Below are positions 25,098 to 37,943 of a DNA stretch of 51,597 bases, piece after piece. The notes under the pieces are model-generated. The model saw only the letters and a program-made list of their open reading frames with translations. It had not been told where the DNA came from and made no database searches. This DNA is from Girardia tigrina (Eukaryota), in the NCBI GenBank assembly GCA_001938485.1, contig MQRK01241907.1, positions 1-51,597 on the forward strand. Direction: 5' to 3'. Each line of letters begins with the position of its first letter. The first letter of the stretch is position 1. The position numbers and the translations under genes are program-made.

Positions 25098-25454
25098 TAT
25101 GGAAGGGAGTATTGTACGGTTACCTCAGATCATAGAATTAAAAAAGAAGTACAAGTTTTTTATCTACCTTGACGAAGCTCATAGTATCGGTGCTCTGGGT
25201 TCAAGAGGCAAAGGCGTATTAGATTATTTTAACATTAATTCGGAAGAAATTGATGTAGCCATGGGAACATTTACAAAAAGTTTTGGTTCTGCCGGTGGAT
25301 ATATTGCTGGCAGTAAAAGGTTAATTGATTATATTCGTGAAAAGTCTCACAGTACAATCTACGGAGCGACCATGTCTGCACCAATTTGCCAACAAATCAT
25401 TACCTCCATGAGAATTGTTGAAGGTTTGGAAGCTGGAAATCAGGGAATAAACAA
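25098..25454 (+). CDS. SPTLC2: Serine palmitoyltransferase 2 coding exon 4 (PLP-binding lysine)
   Basis: Acceptor TTTCTTCAG|T; MEGSIVRLP...[11 protein letters not shown]...[17 protein letters not shown]...GNQGIN(K); donor AA|GTATTC, phase 2. Confidence 0.95.
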
Positions 25455-25748
25455 GTATTCATTGTTTATTTATACTATTTCATTGACTTAGTAGCAAACA
25501 TAATCTATTTTAATGAAGATATCGTTCTTATCAAAATTATTTCATTCAAATCTGTTGGAAAATAATTTGGTTTACTTATATTAAAATTTGAATGCTTTAA
25601 ACTCGTGAAATATTGTAAAATAACAAAAATTAATTACAAATTAATTTAATTAAGAATTGATTAAATCAAAGTTTCACAAACAAAAAAAAATTGTATTTTT
25701 CCAAAATTGTTTGATGTACTAATTAAGATTTTTATTTGTGTATGATTA

Positions 25749-26954
25749 CGTCGTTCGATCAATAACCTTTAAGACTTGGTATGAAATAAATAATTCACAC
25801 TGTTCTAACAACTTTTATTTTGAAAAACATTTATTACTAGTATGAAAAATATTTTCTACATCATTTCTCAATGCAGCCTCCTTGGTTATCAACAAGTTTC
25901 ATCTGTGCAACAGATCATCAAAGGCAACAGTAAACAACTTTTGATTCTGTGGTAATAAGAAATTTGATACAAATTCCTTGAGATCATATCTACATGAAAA
26001 GTGACGCCATCTAGGATGTTTTTTAGACGTTTGAATAAATATAAGTCATTTGGAGCGATGTCAAGAATGCACTGCGGGTGTTCCAGGTTCCAAAAACCAC
26101 ATTTCAGGATTGTTTCTTGTTGTGTGGAGTGAATAGGCGTCTTGTAAGTCAAAAATCAAAGTCTAGTATTTTGTGCCCTACGTTTCTTTCTTATTCACTC
26201 AGTAAAAAGAACACTGAAGTATTCTGCATTGATGGTACTATATTTTTGGCAGAAATTCAAATTGGTAACACCCTTTCGTGACCAGAAGTTTTTACTTCCA
26301 ATCTTGAGTGTAGGATTCTCATCTTTGCAATGCCACTCAACAAACTTTTTCTGGTCTCAGGAAGATACATTCAAAATGAAGTCCTGAGTAATAATATTGT
26401 CAAGGAAAGTTGAATTCCATTACTCAGAAATTACCAGGTTGGCGTGCATCTTTCATCACTTCAGGGAAAAACTTCGGCACAAATCTACTGCAAAAAATTT
26501 TGTATCCAAGTTCTGTTACCATAGTATGCAAAGAACCGTAACTAATCTTCAGTTGAACTGCTAGTTCGCGTACTAGTATTTTACGATCACAGTTGAAGAT
26601 TGTTTCACATTGAAATTTTTCTCATCTTAGATTTTTTTTGGTCTACCTACTCTACCGGTATCGTTATCCCTTGCCTTGGTTGAACTCCTTCAGTCAATAA
26701 TAAAACCACCATAACTTTTTCCCATGTCTCTAATAGTTTCGTTTGCACTTTTTCCAAGTTTATAGTAAAATTTAATGATGCTGCAGTACTTCATATTGTT
26801 CAAAATACCGCCAACCAAAATGAACAAAAGTGATCAATTAAAATGAATGTTTTGATTTACTATGAATAAATGTTGTTCAAAATAACAGTTGTTAGAAAAT
26901 TGTTAATCTTTTTATATCATACCGAGTCTTAGAGGTTATTGATCAAACTAGGCA
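25749..26954 (-). mobile_element. Decayed full-length mariner
   Basis: ~40-bp TIRs (GATCAATAACCTYTAAGACTYGGTATGAWATAAA at both ends). Minus-strand MKYCSIIKFYYKLGKSANETI... and EHPQCILDIAPNDLYLF. Confidence 0.85.
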
Positions 26955-27129
26955 TAAAATTACATTTCACCATTCCAAAAGCCTATGATTTCGCTATATA
27001 TTTGTCGGTATTTAAGACTATTAAGATTTATTAATTAATATTTTTACTAATATTATATAATTAATACTTTATATAGTATCCTCTATTCAGTACATGTTAT
27101 ATCTACTTTCAGTCTGTTTAGTGCCTCGG

Positions 27130-27620
27130 TTTTAACAAGTGAGTGGGGAAAAAAGAAGTCATTCTTCATCAAAATAAAAGCTAAAATTCGACTTAACTGG
27201 TTCTAGTTAAACAAACTATTGACCTTTGCTGATTGGGCTAACATATTATGTGATAAGTGGCGCTTTACTTTGTTTAAATCCAATGGATGTGTTTGGATGT
27301 GATGGCAAACGCAAAAGGGACACAATCAGGATTATCTAGTGCTTAGAGTAAAATTTGATGTGGATTTTCAAAGTATGGATCTGTTTTATCACTTATTCAA
27401 TTAAGCCTATTGCAAGTTGCCAAATTTGTAGGTCAACCAAAGATTACCTTCAGATACTACAGAAAGGTTAACTTCAGTTGTACCCAACTGTTCCAGTCAT
27501 TGATTTTCAAGACAATCACAGGTGTTGCTAAATTACCACAGTAGTGAAGTTCTGGTTCCTCACTCAAGATATTTCTTTCATAGACTGGGTTGCAGAAAGA
27601 GAAACCGTTGAACTTGCTGA
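27130..27620 (+). mobile_element. Tc1-like transposase relic
   Basis: DWANILCDKWRFTLFKSNGCVW...DYLVLRVKF..KVWICF...FQDN resembles the Tc1 WxxVLFSDESRF...VWGC...FQQDN pattern; heavily mutated. Confidence 0.5.
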
Positions 27621-28111
27621 AGAAATAAATCAGTCAATGACTCCTTTTACCTTCTTCTTTTACTACTATTTCAACATATCTATTAAAAAAAGTGATTGAA
27701 TATCTTTTTGGATTTCTTAGTCAGTATCGCCAACTGTATTCCAGACAGTGAAAGATATGACAAAGTTCAAGGACACTGTAAAAGTAATAAACGTATAATA
27801 TTGATAAATATATCAATCAAATAATCTTGATTATCTTACATAGAATACATAAGTGAATATATAAGTTGTCATGGACGTTTGATAGAGCGGTATACCCTCT
27901 ATGAAACTAAATATATATACCTGAATTTATAGTGTTCTTCTCTTGAATACCTTCTGTCTTGACTGTTTATTTATTTAGTAATTCAAAGATAATTGATATT
28001 TGTTGTCAAACTTCGAATTTATTGCAATAAAGTTGCCCAAAATTTTATAGTGCTAAATGATGGAGGAAAGTCCCAGTAAAAAGTGCCCTTTTTTGTTATA
28101 ACAAATAAATA

Positions 28112-29339
28112 TTAGGTTGGGGAAAAAGTAATCTATTATTTTAATCCATTATTTTAATTCATTGTTTATCGATCAAACAATTTCCAATTTATGCTCTTTT
28201 TTAAGGTAACATTTCACAGTAATTTCACAAAAATTTTTTGCTTTTTTTTATTCATTTCTGAGTCACAGGATTTTAAAAATGGAAGTCAACAAAGAAAATA
28301 TTCGGTGCATTTTACAGTTTTTATTCAATAAAGGCGAAAATGCAAGCCAGGCGACTGTTATTGTGAATGGTGTTTATGGTGCCAATACTGTAACAGCTAA
28401 TTACACGCTATTTTGGTTTCGTCGATTCCGTGGAGGCATTTTTGATGTTAAAGATGCACCTCGCACAGGCAGGCCTATCGTTGAAATTATCGATAAAATC
28501 TCGGCAATGATCGAAGTTGACCGGTATGTTAGTAGTTGTAGCATCGCACATGAGCTGAAGATCAACCACAAAAACGGTTTTAAACCATTTGGGAAAAGCA
28601 GGATTGAAAAAGAAACTTGATGTTTGGGTTCCACACCAATTAACACCAAAATACATGATGGATCGAATTTCCATCTGCGAAGCCTTGGCCAAACGAAATG
28701 AAATCGACCCATTTCTTAAACGGATGGTTACTGGGATGAGAAATGGGTCGAGCACCTCCAACGGTCGCGAAACCAGGACTAACGGCCAGGAAGGTTCTAC
28801 TGTGTATTTGGTGGGACTGGAAAGGAATCATTTATTATGAGTTGCTTCCGTATGGCTAAACACTAAATTCAGATCTGTAATGTCAACAACTGGACCGTTT
28901 GAAGATAGCAATTGATGAGAAACGATCAGAATTGGCCAACAGAAGAGGTATTGTGTTCCATCACGACAACGCCAGACCACATACGTCTGTAGGGATCACA
29001 TTCGCCAGGAACTCAGGGAGCTTGGTTGGGAAGTTTTAATGCATCCACCATATAGTTCGGACCTGGCACCAAGCGATTACCACCTTTTTCTCGCATTGCA
29101 AAATTTCCTGAGTGATAAGAAATTTGGATCAATAGAAGATGTGAAAATCGATTACTACAGTTATTCGCCAATAAGGACTAAGACTTCTACGAGAGAGGCA
29201 TTATGAAGCTACCTTCAAAATGGCAACTAATTATACAACAAAACGGTGCATATTTGACTCCAAGAGAACAATCAGAAGCATGTTAAATAAAGTTTTGAAT
29301 TTCACGCCAAAATAATGGATTTCCTTTTCCTCAACCTAA
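28112..29339 (+). mobile_element. Full-length mellifera-type mariner, inactivated
   Basis: TA-flanked TIRs TTAGGTTGGGGAAAAAGTAATCTATTATTTT / AAAATAATGGATTTCCTTTTCCTCAACCTAA. MEVNKENIRCILQF...DAPRTGRP, WVPHQLT, HDNARPH, YSSDLAPSDYHLF; several frameshifts. Confidence 0.95.
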
Positions 29340-30184
29340 TATTATCATTTATTTGTATAGACGTGTTACCTTTCAAAAATAAATATTTAATAGCATCACA
29401 GTACTCGATTTTTCTACTTTTTATATTACCGCTTAAAATAACTCACTCAAATGTCTGTCAAACAATAAATATACATCTAAAATGGCCGAAATTTTTGTGA
29501 GTATGAGTTTTCAACTCATACTTCATGACATGCTCAATGTTGACATGGGGTGTCATATTCACGCTGCTTTTGGAAACCTCTCAGACAACCTCGAATATAT
29601 TGGCGGCCTAATCTAATTTATGATTACAAATAAAAATTCTCATTATTATTTGAAGTATTAATGGTCGAGCAACGACATAGGATTAGATTAGTAGATAAGT
29701 GAATTAATTCTAAATTAGTATTTACATGATGAGATTTATTTCTACTAAGATTGTGACAATTTCATTCTAGAATATAATAATAAAATATATTTTATTTCTA
29801 AAATAATAATAGATTTAAATTAATACTAACTCAAATTTTTAAAATATATTTAATACATTTTTCAATGAATAAATTTGATTTCTTTTTGTTCGAGTATTTG
29901 ATGTTTTGAGTATTTTTCAGCGGCTAATTTGATGTCAAAGTCTCAGTTCAATTTATTATTTTTAGTGAAAATAGTAATGTTTGCTTATCTATTGATTATA
30001 TATGAGAATGATTTGCATGAGCACAGTGCAAGACAAGTATCTGCACTTATTGTACACCCTTTGCGGTTAATTATAATCAAGGTTAAAGGTCCGATGATTT
30101 TTAGATTTCATTTTGTTATTGTAATGTTAACACGACGACAAGGAGAAGAATGAGTTAGAATGTATAATAATGATAAGTCTCAGT

Positions 30185-30186
<2 letters not shown>

Positions 30187-30222
<36 letters not shown>
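30187..30222. repeat. (TA)n microsatellite
   Basis: Pure TA run; others near 3941, 36949, 43997, 50664 and 51563. Confidence 0.9.
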
Positions 30223-30225
<3 letters not shown>

Positions 30226-31345
30226 TGCTCTTAATATTAGTCTTATATTTAATCTTCATTAAATTAAAGAATTTTTCACTTCACCTTTTAAATAATTTCA
30301 TAATTATTCTAATTATCCTATAACAAAATGACATTAATTTCCTTTAATCAAAAATATGCGGGATGCAGGATATATTTTATTTATAATAATGATTAAAATG
30401 TGAGGATTAATAACTAAAGTAAAAAAAGTAAAGTTTGACAATTTGTAAAAAGACATTTCCACAAGAAAGAACAATACAATTGGAGTGAAGAGATAATCAC
30501 TGAACGTTGTGATTCTGAATTCGTTAGTTTTACATTTTTCAGTTTGTGCGCCTAATTTAAATAAATGAAAATTTTATTTAAATTTAAATAATAATTACAT
30601 ATATTTTGTGAAGATATATTTGTTGAAATCTAATTCACGTAGTTTTATCAATATGTAAATCATTAGCACAAATGAACTTGTATCACAAAAGATTTGTTTG
30701 ATTAGTTGATAATTAAAGATAATTATGGCATTTGATCGTATCTTTTGCATCTTAAACTTCTTGAAAAGAGTAAATATGGCATCTTTTATATTATAAAGGT
30801 TTATAAAAAGCATGGTATAAAAGCGGTTTTTTATATAAATGTGTCGTGTAATATTTGTGTTGTATTCAATAGAGCATTTAACTTTTTAACTTTTAGAAAT
30901 TGAATAATTTTTGTACTTAGCGTCATCATAAAACTAATTTTCAAAATTGAAAGTCAGAAACGAATTCGTGACATGTATTGTAAATTGGAATAATTATATA
31001 ATAATTATTGTGTATATGTTAAGAAATCTGATTGTATGATATCAACAGTGTGATGAGGGTATGGGTGTGATTATGTGTGTATCAAATGACAAGGCTTTAG
31101 AAATGAGAGTCATTACAACAACACTTTCCCCAACATATTGTATATATAATGACGATTGATTGAATAATAATTATTTATTGAATAATAATAATAAATAAAA
31201 TTTTAAACGTCCAACTTGTGGTGTATTGATTCGATAACTAAAATGTATATTTGTTCATATGCAAAAAATCTAAAAGTACTGAAAATATTAATAGAAAGGT
31301 CAATAAACATGAAGAAGGCACTCCTTTGTCAACTAAATCCTATAA

Positions 31346-32415
31346 CACTGGTTAACATGAAAAAAACTGCAAATATTTCATTATAATTATTTCATAGCAC
31401 ATGCAAAATGAAAAGGTTTTACATGCTTAGTTTGTCTCTATCGCGACAGGTTTTGTGTAACATTAAATAATGGCATTGAGCAATTATTATAATACCATTG
31501 AATAATATTAAAAGTAATGTTTTTTTTGCTTAAACGCTGAAGTCTGTTTATTATTTCAGAGAATTTACTTAATTTAATACGCCAAAGCATTGTATTTATC
31601 GGAAAGTTTTTCTATGTGTGCGAACGCTTTTCCATTGCAGACGAGAAAAAGAAAATATCAGTTCTGACCAAGAAATATTATTTTGCTTATTTGGATGTTA
31701 ACTGAGAGATCAAGACACGCCATTGGCGCCACATAAGGTGTGTAAGTTGTGTGAAGTAACGCTTAGTAAGGGGTTTTAAGGCAAGATTAAATACATGCAA
31801 TTTGGTTTGCCATTGATTATTCAGATTGTGTATCCCAACGTGCCATCAGCTATAAGACCTGTGCAATAATGTGAAGACATTCCTATGTCAAACCCTTCTG
31901 CTGAGCTGGAAAGTATCGATAGTGATGAAAGTACGAGTTCAGAAGCAACTCATGCTGATTACATCTCTGGTCTAGATACTACACCAAAGCTATTTAATCA
32001 AAAGAATCTTGATGATCCAGTTCGCAACCTTAATCATCCAAAGGCATCGACTGAACTACTTGCATCACATCTGCAAGAAAGATATCTCTTGAGTCCTGAA
32101 ACTTCTGTGACTGTGTATAGACGTCGTGCATGAGATTTGATTCCGATCTTTTCCAGCAATCTTAACTTATTTCAACGGAAATGCAATAGCATTATTTCAA
32201 ATGGCACATTCAGTAACCTTGCAAGAAACATATGATAATGTTAATTTGTTGCTCCCCTCATTGAATTACAACAAGCACTAATGCTTGATTCACGGCGATT
32301 TGAAGATCATTGCTATGGTATTAGGTCTGCTGGGTGGATATTTAAAATTCTCATGCTTTCTGTGCCTATGGGACAGCCGTGCGGATTCCGAGCATTACAC
32401 TAAAAAAGCTTAAAG
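31346..32415 (+). mobile_element. DNA-transposon relic of the widespread invertebrate GDQDK-WAPH / LWDSRA family (probably TcMar-m44-like)
   Basis: DQDTPLAPHKVCKLC, IVYPNVPSAIRPV, PKLFNQKNLDDPVRNL..ELLASHLQE, AHSVTLQETYDNV, GDLKIIAMVLG..GGY.KFSCFLCLWDSRA..HY; left end CACTGGTTAACA. The superfamily label is from memory and tentative. Confidence 0.65.
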
Positions 32416-32529
32416 TAAAACCATTTTAATCAGAGATACTTGATCTTAGGACCCAATATTTTATAAATCGTTTAATTCATAAAATTTACATTATTAAAAT
32501 TTTGTTTCTGAGCCAATTATTTGTTTTAA

Positions 32530-33430
32530 TGATACCTTGTCGCTCGAAAGCAACTCGTATACTTCACGAAGGGTCATATTACGATTCACCTTCAAATTTA
32601 TCTGTAACAAACATTTGATAGTTTTCTCAATAAAGCGGTTTCTCTTCTGTGTATACTGCATGAAAGAAAGTGAAAATAAAACTTACACATGTATGCTGCT
32701 GACTGGATTGGTAAAGATGATGCTGATTAGTTTGTAAAAAAGAGGTAAAGTGTCATTTACAGTAAAGATCCATTTGATGTCAGGATCGTCATTGAAAAAG
32801 ACGTGGTTCGGACATTTATCCGACAGATCATTGACATACAATATATCATCGAAAATATTATCCTTATTTGCCGTTTTCCTATCAACATGCTTCAATAGTT
32901 CTTTCATTTCTTTTTACCTAATGCTCCGTTCTCACTGATGTTTACATAATGTTTGTATAATGTTTCTACAAAAAACAATAATGATAGATAATTCTTAAAA
33001 GCTTGACACCAGGAGGCCTATTTTCTCTATTTCCATCTCTCTCAGAAGTTCGGTTGTGTTTCCTAAAAATTTTAGCTTTAGAACTTAAAATTTATGTATC
33101 CATCACGTATCAGTAAGGCTAAAAGTTTTGATGATTTCCGCTAATTCCGAAAGCAAGAGTTTCTTAAAGAGGGAGAAAACTGTGGAGAAAGAATAAAATT
33201 TTTCTAACTAGAAGAAGACCCTCAGCGAGCGATAGTGTTCAATGCTTTTCCCATTGACGACTTGTGTGTAATCAGTGTTAAATAACTGACATCAAGCTTT
33301 TGAAAAATTGCTTGATGCTTTCTGCTCTTCCGGTTTAGCTATTGAAGTGACTACCTGTCTTCATCAAAATGATCTCTATGAGAATCATGAAGTATTTCGC
33401 ATCCTTATCCTTACCAAATTTGCTGTAGGC
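32530..33430 (-). mobile_element. hAT transposase C-terminal (dimerisation domain) relic
   Basis: LPLFYKLISIIFTNPVSSIHV*VLFSLSFMQYTQKRNRFIEKTIKCLLQI matches the hAT pattern P.S.A..ER.FS.....T..RNRL; upstream frames are broken. Confidence 0.55.
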
Positions 33431-33807
33431 AGCCGATGATGATAGAAAATTAATAATACTACAAATATAATTTACTTATTTTAAAAATCTTTTTTAATAA
33501 AAATATCTGAATGTATTTATGGGGGGTTAGTTTAAATTTAAGTTTCGCCAAAATATTTTATTATTTTTTTGATTTGAAAATTTAAAAGAAATAAATGAAA
33601 AAATTAAAATGTAGGGTAAAAATATGACAAATAAATACTTATTTAAAATATGTTTACAGTAATAACAATTGATATATTTTGATAAAAGTTATGGAATAAG
33701 TTTAAATAATTTTAAATAAATAATTAACGGATTAATATTTAAGAAATATTTTTTTTTAACAAAAGGGTCTATTGTAAATTTAAATTAAATAATTTTTTAT
33801 GATAAAG

Positions 33808-33985
33808 TTTCGTAGAAAAATGTAAAATAATTTAAGGTTTAGATTTTGTAAAATTTTCGTAAAAAATATAAATATAATCTGAAGTTTAATTTGAAAAATG
33901 TAAAATAATTTCAAATTTGAATTTTTTAAAATTTTCGTAAAAAAATGTAAATATAATTTGAAGTTTAAATTTCGTAAATTTTCAA
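33808..33985. repeat. AT-rich minisatellite (~40-bp units, TTTTCGTAAAAAATGTAAA...)
   Basis: Four to five degenerate units sharing TTCGTA-AAAAATGTAAAATAATTT. Confidence 0.6.
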
Positions 33986-34654
33986 AATTTAATCGAAAAA
34001 ATTTATGAATTAATTTTGGGTGAAATAATTAAGTTATTGATAATAAAGATTATATGAAAATAAAAAACAAAATCAAAAACCTTGCAATGGTCAAATATCA
34101 AATATCTTCAAAATACAAAAAATGGCTCATTTTAGTTGAGAATATTCTGAATCTGTTGGACGATGAAGGAATAAAGAGTTTGAATAAATTAGCAATTGAA
34201 ACACGTAACAAATTGAATTAATAAGAAATTTGTTTAAGTATGTGAATTGTTGATATTAATAAATTTTGTGGTGTTAAATTATGACTTCAGAATGTGATAA
34301 TAATGAAAGTGGCATAAACGCTACTTACAGTATTGATTCGTGTAGAAATCCAGGGATAAATATCTGAATAAAATGCACGCATGTTTGGGATTATTACAGA
34401 AATCGTTTCTTTATAATCCAATAAAAATTAAAAAAATATGTAAAAGTTATAAAGCATTAACATGTGTTATTTTAATAAACACGGATATAATATAAATGTA
34501 CTTATTTTTCTTAATTTTTAGGCTACTGCAGTAATAAAACTAGTAAATCACAAAAATTCTTTTTTTTAAGACAATACTCTAAGAAAAATAAAAGTCACTC
34601 AAAAATCGATAAATAAAAAAATCAAATCTTCTTAGAACAATTAAATATTCTTAA

Positions 34655-35010
34655 TGGAACCAGTAACCAATCAGAAGCGTTTCTTATTAGGCTTGGGTGA
34701 TCGCGACCGTTGCTGCCTAGGCTAAGGACATGGGAACCGTTTTATTTTTGCACATTTTGCCCTATTGATTTGCACATTTGAAACTTGATTTTGATTGGCT
34801 TAGCACATTTGCATTGCTCGAGAACCGTGAACCAATCAGAAGCATTGTTAGGGTGATCGGAACCAACCAGAAGCGTTGCTAAGGTGATCGGAACTGTTGT
34901 TAGGGTGATCGGAGCCGTTGCTATAGTAACCGGAACAGTTGCCATGGTAACATCGATCGTTGTCATGGCAACGGGTGACCCACCGGGGTGGAGAATACCC
35001 ATTTTCTTAT
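34655..35010. repeat. X-box/CCAAT array element, copy A
   Basis: GTTG units at 34875, 34896, 34917, 34938 and 34959 (exact 21-bp period); the last three are GTTGCTATAGTAAC, GTTGCCATGGTAAC, GTTGTCATGGCAAC. CCAATCAGAAGC at 34667 and 34832; CCACCGGGGTGG; GGAGAATACCCATTTTC. Confidence 0.85.
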
Positions 35011-35649
35011 AGTGAGTTGAAATTTTACCAAAATTGTAAAATAACATCACCTATATATTTCTATACATACATATAAGAAGTAAATTAATATAAGAATTGT
35101 ATTAACTTAAAGGAAAGTAGTCACGACACATTTGAAAGTTCAAGCAGATAAGCAGTAATGTGTTAAAACCAGAATAAATATCTTGAATGGTGAAAAGTTT
35201 TGGTATGTGACAGACAATTTAGGTGAATGCATTTAGTAGAATTAGCTTTATTTAAACTGGAATGAAAACAAATTTGTTTTGCTTCTTCAATTATCATTTT
35301 CTAATTCACAAATGAATTAAAATAATTCTAATTTTATAGTTAGGTTTTTGTTACCTGATTCGCTTAAAAATTAAAGATTTATGTATTTTTATTTTTTGTG
35401 TTGATTGTTTTATTATTCTTTTATATTAAATTTTATTTACTAATGAATGATTCCATTTTATAATGAGTTTTATAATTTTGTTATTTTAAAAATATTCCTT
35501 ATACATAAAAAGAATAGAACAGGGAAGAAGCGAAAATAGTTTAAATTAATTTTAATCTTACTATTGGAATCACAAATAAGTGATTGTGGATATTAAATAA
35601 GAAGGAAGATTCAAATATTTTTCTGACAAATATAATATATCAATTATAT

Positions 35650-36190
35650 TTTGTCCATTTCGGTCATCCTTCATCCATCATTCTACATTTGAACAAATTC
35701 TGATTTTGTAAGCATAAAACTGAATGAAATGAGATTTTACATCATCAGTGTTATTAAAATCTTACATTTAGTGAGTTCTGCATGGAACTAATAATTGGTG
35801 ATTTGATGACACAAGTTCAACGCTATATGGACTGGATGGGACCCCTATCTTAACATCGTTTCTTTATTTTTTTTGCAAATGACGAAAGCTGTGTTGGGCT
35901 TTGCTTTATCATGTATTAAAATAGCATCGTGATGACTTGCCAATTCAAGCCGTTTTTCTTGAAATACATTGCTCATTTGGCGATTTACTGAACGTAAACG
36001 CCTAAATTAATATAATTTTCTTTTCTTGAATTGTAGATTTAAATGTCGTCTGTGCTGGTTCATCTGGTATCAGCCACGGTCTTTTGAAATTAATTGTATT
36101 AAAAACTATCACCTTTGACGTTGGTAAAGGGTGAGGAATGTTTTGAAAAACGGGGTCACCCAGGAATGCAGTTAGACAATGATGCACTGA
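35650..36190 (-). mobile_element. mariner transposase relic
   Basis: KRPWLIPDEPAQTTFKSTIQEKKI and ILIHDKAKPNTA (HDNARPH-like) on the minus strand. Confidence 0.55.
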
Positions 36191-36850
36191 AGGTAACCGT
36201 TGATTCGTATCTATAAAAAAGTTCTCATGACTTCTTGCTAACGTTTATTGTTGCAAAGCAAACAATATTGAATTACTTGACTGAAATCGGTAAAGTGCCA
36301 AAATTGGAAAAGTGGATTCACACGAGTTTAATGAAAAGCAGAAAAAAGCGTTTAGATGCTTTATCGTTATAAATGTGATCACTTTTTGAATCAAACTGTC
36401 ACTTGTGATGAAAGGTGAATCCAATATGATAATCGAAAACATTCAGCAAGCTAGATTGACACGAATGAAGCACAAAAACATAGTCAAAAGTACAACATTC
36501 ATTAAAAGAAGATTATCGTGAGTGTTTTGTAATCTGTCGCAGGTTTAATCCATTATGAATTAATGAAACTTGGTTATTAAATCACAATAGATGTCTACTG
36601 CAACCATTTGGAATATATATGATGTGAAAACTCTAAGAAAAACAGTCGTGTTTGGTAGAAAGGTCGGCTCCCAACTTTCTCCACGACAATGCCAAACCTT
36701 ACTTAAGACCTTGACAAAATTACATGAACTTGAGTTGGGATTTCTCCATCATTCTCCATACTCACCAGACCTAACCTCTACTTACTTCCATTTCTTCCTC
36801 AATTTTAACAATTTTTAGTTATGAAAAAAATTCAGTTTGCAAAGTTTTAT
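36186..36850 (+). mobile_element. cecropia-type mariner relic
   Basis: FLNQTVTCDER*IQYDNRKHSA, AGLIHYE, LHDNA, HSPYSPDLTSTYFHFF. Confidence 0.7.
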
Positions 36851-37097
36851 TCAAAGTCTCAACAAGCTGCCACACAAATAATAAATTGTGTCTGTTCCGG
36901 ATTTACAATAATAAAGAGAAATATTATTTAAAATTTAACTTTTTTCCATATATATATATATATAAACTACATTTAAATTCGAATTCTAAAATCCAAATTT
37001 CAATTTCAATTTTTATTTATTTTTGTTAATTTAATTTTTTATCACTTTATTGCGTGTGGTTATTATCTGCTTAATTCCCAAAACATCATCATCAACA

Positions 37098-37330
37098 ATG
37101 GTCAATTTTACAATTGAACAAATCAATTCATTGATGGACAAAAAGTCATTCAATGTCCACGTCGATCACGGCAATTCCTCCGGTTCTTTGATCAGTAAAG
37201 CTGGAATTATTGCCGGTGCTCGATTCATAGACATCCAAAAAGGCGAAAAAGAACGTTGTATCATCATCATGTCGACTTCAATATCGATGCACAACGAAAT
37301 GACCAAAGACAATTTTAAACAGAGAGACGG
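37098..37330 (+). pseudogene. EEF2: Elongation factor 2 (eEF2) 5' pseudogene fragment, probably a retrocopy
   Basis: MVNFTIEQINSLMDKKS..HVDHGNS..SLISKAGIIAG.ARFID..K.EKERCIII.STSISM aligns to eEF2 MVNFTVDQIR..MDKK...HVDHGKSTLTDSL..KAGIIA...RFTDTRKDEQERCITIKST. The P-loop Lys is lost, three deletions are present, and the copy is 3'-truncated. Confidence 0.88.
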
Positions 37331-37708
37331 TCTGAGAAGAATCAATTTTAAGAGAACGTAAAACGGTCCTCTTTAGGGTCATAAATTTTGATTGGCCATG
37401 GGCAATAACAGTGTCTATAATATTGGCGCATACTTTGATGAATGACAAAAATATTTGTATTGACAAATTATCAATAAATTTTAACTTGAGTTCTTCAAAT
37501 TTCATACTTGACGACTTAACAATAATGACATGTTTTATTGAAATGATAATTATTTAATGATTGGATAATCATGACATCATTCATATTTCAATCATAATTA
37601 ATTTATTTTCATAAATACCTTCTACTGATCAATATAACTCCGATCAATAAAAGAAAAAAATGCATAATTTGGGTAAATTTATACGCAAGTATACCTAAAG
37701 ATCATTAA

Positions 37709-37943
37709 CCTTTAACCGGATAGAATGTTTTTGTAACATAAACGGATAGAAGATTCCGAAGGACTCTTAAGCTGATAATTGAATGTATACATAAGAAATC
37801 CTTGAAAATTCGAACATTCTTTTAATAAAATTCATGATTAGTTAAAAAAAAGTGCTAAAAATTGAATTTGAATTAGTATTTTTATTTTGATTTACGTACG
37901 GTTAATAAAAAGAGTCCAAAAAACTCTTCTATCCGGTTAAATG
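37709..37943. mobile_element. piggyBac-type MITE
   Basis: TTAA|CCTTTAACCGGATAGAA ... TTCTATCCGGTTAAATG|TTAA, with an internal repeat of ACGGATAGAA. Confidence 0.8.

Noticed and set aside
25441-25456. Possible non-canonical donor after ...AATCAGG in exon 4
   Set aside because: A canonical GT at 25455 gives the correct phase and a gap-free alignment (GINKIRQLA vs GKECVQQLA).
34875-34972. CRISPR-like or telomeric (TTAGGG) reading of the 21-bp arrays
   Set aside because: The units are contiguous with 7-nt semi-conserved linkers rather than unique spacers; no cas genes; eukaryotic context; TTAGGG occurs only singly.
34742-35050. Minus-strand ORF with heptad repeats (VTMATVP...), and similarly 48913-49098
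   Set aside because: Translation artefact of the 21-bp repeat array; no protein-like context.
35715-35755. Minus-strand CTGATGA, and CTGAAGATGGCC at ~50325
   Set aside because: No closing stem II followed by GAAA; incomplete.
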